A stretch of DNA of 64,000 nt from a virus. The position numbers and the translations under genes are program-made. Position 1 is the first letter of the stretch. Every line of letters starts with the position of its first letter. Below are positions 59,880-64,000 of this stretch, one piece after another. The stretch lies in IMG/VR virus record IMGVR_UViG_3300030107_004732, positions 21,246-85,245 of that record. One strand, written 5' to 3'. The notes beneath the pieces were generated by a model, which worked only from the letters and a program-made list of their open reading frames with translations, ran no database searches and was not told where the DNA came from.

Positions 59880-60416
59880 ATGAAGAAATCTAAAATGTCA
59901 GTCCAACAAAGAAAATACTTTGTCGAGAGAATAAGTAAAACAATTAATGAGCAAATATTAAACTTGAGACAACAAAGCGCTTCTCATGTTTATGATGTTT
60001 CCGAACAAGCTTATAAGAAATACTTAAAAGCAGTTGGTTTAGATAAAACTATTAATAAGTATAATAAGTTAAAACCTCAAATAGATGAATTAGGTGATAA
60101 AATAAGAGCAGTATTTGATGAAATTAAAAATACTCTTGATAATGAGGATTTATCTTGGCAAATAAGACAAAATCAACCAAGTCTTTATGGTAGTAATCAT
60201 ACTATAACAGATATAAATAGAGCATTTAGATGGTGTTGTAACGAAACAGCAAAGAAAAATGATAAATCCCTTACAATAACTGATGATATTAAGAAGTTAG
60301 AAGAAAAAAGAGATAGAGCTATTGATATACTTCATGGTGTAGATGAGTTTTCTGATACATTAGAATCTGTTAATAAAATGTTAAAGGGAACAGCAGTTCC
60401 TAGATTAGGAGAATAA
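59880..60416 (+). CDS. Hypothetical helical protein
   Basis: 178 aa, AAGGAG RBS. Confidence 0.65.
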   Translation: MKKSKMSVQQRKYFVERISKTINEQILNLRQQSASHVYDVSEQAYKKYLKAVGLDKTINKYNKLKPQIDELGDKIRAVFDEIKNTLDNEDLSWQIRQNQPSLYGSNHTITDINRAFRWCCNETAKKNDKSLTITDDIKKLEEKRDRAIDILHGVDEFSDTLESVNKMLKGTAVPRLGE

Positions 60417-60417
60417 A

Positions 60418-60930
60418 ATGGGAATGGATGTATATGGTAATAACCCTACAATACACAAATCTAAAGATGAGTTTCCTCTTTATGCTAAATATGAAGATGT
60501 GCCTTGGGGTGATAGAGAAAAGGACCCTGAATGGGAAAAAGTTAAAGATGCGTATTGGGAAGAATATAATGCTTATGAAAAAGCTAATCCTGGTGTTTAT
60601 TTTCGTAATAATTGTTGGTGGTGGAGACCATTATGGAATTATTGTTACTTTATAAGTAGACATTACAATCTAAATCTTATTGATGAAGAATTATTTCAAT
60701 CAGGTCATGCTAATGATGGCGCAGGTTTAGACGCTGAAGGTTCTATGACACTTGCAATGCATCTACAAATGAGTATTGAAGATGGCACAGCAGAAAACTA
60801 TGATTCAGAATATAAAGAGGAAATGGAAGCATCAGATGATGAATTTGCTAAAAGTTATCCTTTTGATATAAGAAATGTAGCAGATTTTGCTGAGTTTCTT
60901 GAATATTCAGGTGGATTTAGTATTAATTAA
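60418..60930 (+). CDS. Conserved phage protein (YFRNNCWWWRPLW type), copy B
   Basis: Paralog of 7988..8488. Confidence 0.8.
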   Translation: MGMDVYGNNPTIHKSKDEFPLYAKYEDVPWGDREKDPEWEKVKDAYWEEYNAYEKANPGVYFRNNCWWWRPLWNYCYFISRHYNLNLIDEELFQSGHANDGAGLDAEGSMTLAMHLQMSIEDGTAENYDSEYKEEMEASDDEFAKSYPFDIRNVADFAEFLEYSGGFSIN

Positions 60931-61063
60931 TCTTGCCGATAGGATATTATACTTACGAGTATAAATTACTATTTTAGAGATTAAAATGAGGGTGGAAATT
61001 CGAGGTTCTGCCCTCATTAAACTTACACAGTCAATAATAAATATAACAATAGGAGACAAAACA

Positions 61064-61270
61064 GTGAAAAAAGATAAAAAAGTTAGTAAAAAATCTAAAG
61101 TTCTAGCACATTTAGTTTCAGGTGAGTCAATTACACCACTTGAAGCGTTAGAATTGTATGGAAGTTTTAGATTAGGTGCAATTATATTTGAATTAAGAGC
61201 AGATGGACATAAAATTGACACCGAAATTGCTAAAGGCTCAGGACATGCAATTTATTCATACATAAAGTAA
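61064..61270 (+). CDS. Winged-HTH DNA-binding protein
   Basis: SITPLEALELYGSFRLGAIIFELRADG; GTG start after AGGAG. Confidence 0.8.
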   Translation: MKKDKKVSKKSKVLAHLVSGESITPLEALELYGSFRLGAIIFELRADGHKIDTEIAKGSGHAIYSYIK

Positions 61271-61277
61271 TATTTTC

Positions 61278-61306
61278 TTGGATAATTGTGCGAGAAAATG
61301 TAAATT
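61278..61306 (+). promoter_or_regulatory. Sigma70-like promoter TTGGAT-N17-TAAATT
   Basis: Upstream of the ERF operon, as at 12589. Confidence 0.6.
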
Positions 61307-61337
61307 AACAGGCTATTAATAGAGGAGAACAAACAAA

Positions 61338-61520
61338 ATGGCTAAAACTAATAAAAATACAAAAAAACAAGAAAATTCTGTTGTAGAGAATTTAAAAACT
61401 GCATTAGCTAATTACAGAAAAAGCCACGAACACCTTCAAGTAACTATAATAAAAGTTGAAGGAGCAATTGAGGCTACTCAAAATATGTTAAAAGAGTATG
61501 AGGAGGAAGTAAATGGATAA
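61338..61520 (+). CDS. Small hypothetical protein
   Basis: 60 aa; related to 16078..16224. Confidence 0.6.
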   Translation: MAKTNKNTKKQENSVVENLKTALANYRKSHEHLQVTIIKVEGAIEATQNMLKEYEEEVNG

Positions 61521-61959
61521 TGAAACAATCGAAACACCTGAAGAAAGAAGAATATCAGATTGGAAATCACAAGAGATTGATAAATTAGCAACTGCTCTTG
61601 CAAAAGTACAATCAGAACTTGAGGGTGCTAAAAAAGAAAGTACTAATCCATTCTTCAACTCAAGCTATGCTGATTTACATAGTGTAATTAAATCATCGTT
61701 TCCATTTTTATCTAAACACGGTTTATCTGTGTCACAAGGTAATGAAGTTATACCTGGTGCTGTATGTGTAACTACTACACTTATGCATTCATCAGGACAA
61801 TGGATTCGTTCTAAAGTAAAACTTCCATTAGAAAAGAAAAACGCTCAAGGCGTAGGTTCTGCTATTACTTATGGAAGAAGATATGGATTATCAGCTATTG
61901 TTGGTATTGCACAATATGATGATGATGGTAATTATGTATCACCCCCTAAACCTAGATAA
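61513..61959 (+). CDS. ERF-family ssDNA annealing protein, copy B
   Basis: NPFFNSSYADL; QGVGSAITYGRRYGLSAIVGI. Confidence 0.9.
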   Translation: MDNETIETPEERRISDWKSQEIDKLATALAKVQSELEGAKKESTNPFFNSSYADLHSVIKSSFPFLSKHGLSVSQGNEVIPGAVCVTTTLMHSSGQWIRSKVKLPLEKKNAQGVGSAITYGRRYGLSAIVGIAQYDDDGNYVSPPKPR

Positions 61960-61980
61960 TAAATAACAAGGAGAATAAAA

Positions 61981-62502
61981 ATGCCTATAACAATAAAAGA
62001 AAGCTCTAACAAATCTTATGCAGAAGGATGGCATAATGTAACTGTAAGAGAGGCAAAAGTAGGAGACTTTAATGGGTCTAAATATATAGACTTATGGTTT
62101 GTAGATTACCCAGACAACTTAAAATGTCGTATTTGGGAAGCTCGTAATAAAGATGGAGAAGAATTTTCTGTATCAAATATGATAAGATACTCTAATCCTG
62201 ATATTTTAGAGCATTCTGAAGGAGCTGATGGTGCTGTTACAGCTCAAGTTGATGATTCAGCATCTTCTATAAAGGGTAAGCAGTTTCAAGCCTATTTCTA
62301 CAAAAAAGCAAATGGTTATACTGAAATATCTCAGAAATTAGCACCTGCTACACCATTTAAGAATATTGTAGAATCATATGATGAAGAAAGAATACATCGT
62401 ATAAAAACTTCAGCAGAGGAATATACTAAGCGTAGGAATACGACAGTCCCTACTTCTCTAAACGAAGAGACAAGTAGCTCAGAGGAGGAAGTCCCTTTCT
62501 AA
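61981..62502 (+). CDS. Putative SSB, copy B
   Basis: Ends EEVPF; GWH and GEEF motifs shared with 13235..13771. Confidence 0.65.
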   Translation: MPITIKESSNKSYAEGWHNVTVREAKVGDFNGSKYIDLWFVDYPDNLKCRIWEARNKDGEEFSVSNMIRYSNPDILEHSEGADGAVTAQVDDSASSIKGKQFQAYFYKKANGYTEISQKLAPATPFKNIVESYDEERIHRIKTSAEEYTKRRNTTVPTSLNEETSSSEEEVPF

Positions 62503-62518
62503 GGACTACCTAACTAAT

Positions 62519-62600
62519 AAAGAGAGCCAATAACTGGTCCTGTAAGTCCAAACTGATTCGTAGATGATGCCTTGGCGAAGGAATATGTGAGGCTCTCTTT
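62519..62600 (+). ncRNA. Conserved structured RNA element, copy B
   Basis: Closing stem AAAGAGAGCC/GGCTCTCTTT; same cores as 13792..13875. Confidence 0.7.
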
Positions 62601-62623
62601 TAATTTAAATAACAAAAGGAGAA

Positions 62624-64000
62624 ATGATGATAAGAGAATTTGCGTTTGGTCTATCCAATAGACACCACTTTTTCGATACGCGAGAGTCAGTAAAATGGGA
62701 AAATGTTGCTAAAGACACTTTTATGTCTCTCTATGGTTATGATGATAATGTTGTTAAATATTATGAAGAAAAGAAAACTTTATCAGGTTATGATGGAGTT
62801 ATTTATATGCCTAAAGAGTTTCTTCTTGATGTTGATGGTCCTGACACCAAAGATGCTCAAGAAAAAACTATTGAATTACTTAAAATACTAAAAGATTTAA
62901 AAGTTCCATATAATTTATATTTTAGTGGCAGAGGATTTCATATTGGAATACCTGATTCAGCATTTAAATGGAAACCACATGCAAACTTACATATCAAAGT
63001 AAAAAAAGTATTAGATAACTTTGGTATATATAAGTATGCGGATGTTTCTGTTACTGATAAGACAAGAATAATAAGGTTAAACAATACATTAAACTCTAAA
63101 TCAAGATTATGGAAAATACATATTACAGAGTATGAATTAGAAAACACATATTATCTTGAATTGCAAGAATTGGCTAAAAAACCTAGAGTTTCTAAAATTC
63201 CTGAATTAACCTGTGAACCTGTATTTGATGTAATGATAAAAGAGAAAGTTAAAAAAGAGAATAAACCAACTGTTTCTTTAAAACCTACATTAGGTAAAGA
63301 ACCAGACCCTATGCTATATCCTTGTATTCAAACAATGTTGAGTGGTTCAGAATATGGTAACAGACATGCATTAGCATTAAGAATAGCAGCTTGGCTAAGA
63401 TGGAGATACCCAGAACATGTAGTTCAATTAATAATGGAAGACTGGAGAAAAAGAGTTACTACAGTAGAGCATCCATTTAAAGAAGACGAGATGAAACGAT
63501 TAGTTAATGATTGCTATACAGGTCATGGCGGCAATGGTTATAGATATGGATGTATGGATAAAATAATGGATAAGTATTGTAATTCTACTTGCACATTATT
63601 TAAAGCTAAAAAGTCTCAAGGTCTTATGAGTGCTGAAGATATGGAAGATAATCTTATTAGTTGGTTAAAAGGTGATGTAAAACCAATTAATATAGGAGAA
63701 TTATATGGCAAAAACTTTCCTATATATCCTGGTGAACTAGTTGTTGTGCAAGCACCACCTAAATCTATGAAAACTATGTTGATACAGAATTGGGTAAATG
63801 AACTAAAAAGACCTACTTATTTCTTAGAAATGGAAATGTCACCAAGACAAATATGGTCTAGATTTATTCAAATAGAACAAAGATGGAATGAAGATGAGAT
63901 GAGAGCTCATTATCAAGATGGTAGCCAAAGTTTAACAAGTAAATTTAAATGGTTAAATGTCGATTATCAACCTTGTTTTGGTGTAGAGCTTGAAAAAAGA
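62624..64000 (+). CDS. Primase-helicase, copy B (3'-truncated by window edge; not in ORF track)
   Basis: Manual translation MMIREFAFGLSNR...LLDVDG...FSGRGFH...APPKSMKT...EMEMSPRQIWSRF. Confidence 0.9.
   Translation, partial: MMIREFAFGLSNRHHFFDTRESVKWENVAKDTFMSLYGYDDNVVKYYEEKKTLSGYDGVIYMPKEFLLDVDGPDTKDAQEKTIELLKILKDLKVPYNLYFSGRGFHIGIPDSAFKWKPHANLHIKVKKVLDNFGIYKYADVSVTDKTRIIRLNNTLNSKSRLWKIHITEYELENTYYLELQELAKKPRVSKIPELTCEPVFDVMIKEKVKKENKPTVSLKPTLGKEPDPMLYPCIQTMLSGSEYGNRHALALRIAAWLRWRYPEHVVQLIMEDWRKRVTTVEHPFKEDEMKRLVNDCYTGHGGNGYRYGCMDKIMDKYCNSTCTLFKAKKSQGLMSAEDMEDNLISWLKGDVKPINIGELYGKNFPIYPGELVVVQAPPKSMKTMLIQNWVNELKRPTYFLEMEMSPRQIWSRFIQIEQRWNEDEMRAHYQDGSQSLTSKFKWLNVDYQPCFGVELEKR

Noticed and set aside
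62703-63147. Track ORFs 62703..62891 and 62938..63147
   Set aside because: Shadow frames of the truncated primase-helicase starting at 62624
1-64000. Stop-codon reassignment as in some crAss-like phages
   Set aside because: The standard code gives dense long ORFs, and TAA, TAG and TGA all end genes at sensible boundaries
1-64000. Direct terminal repeat or circular overlap as the cause of the duplicated genes
   Set aside because: Copies are substantially diverged and differ in gene content

Overview
AT-rich tailed-phage (podovirus-like) DNA; no host genes, tRNAs, CRISPR or integrase were recognised. An apparently complete ~51.6 kb genome unit (~3800-55430) has a + strand early/replication arm (ERF recombinase, SSB, primase-helicase, resolvase) and a - strand virion arm (terminases, portal, scaffold, major capsid, tail, fibre, lysozyme, ejection proteins). 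The virion arm includes a 2992-aa protein with a crAss-like virion RNA polymerase motif (GDFDVD). The unit is flanked head-to-tail by diverged sister segments: a second TerL/TerS at 1-3742 and a second early arm at 55551-64000. The most striking accessory locus is a phage-encoded ubiquitin-like cassette (Ubl ending GG-DQ, E2-like protein, JAB protease, E1/ThiF; 9064-12614), found in only one of the two early arms. Other notable features are a recurrent structured-RNA motif with covarying stems, a ~410-nt candidate large ncRNA, and sigma70-like TTG-N20-TAAATT promoters. All calls are motif recognition by eye; no searches were run.
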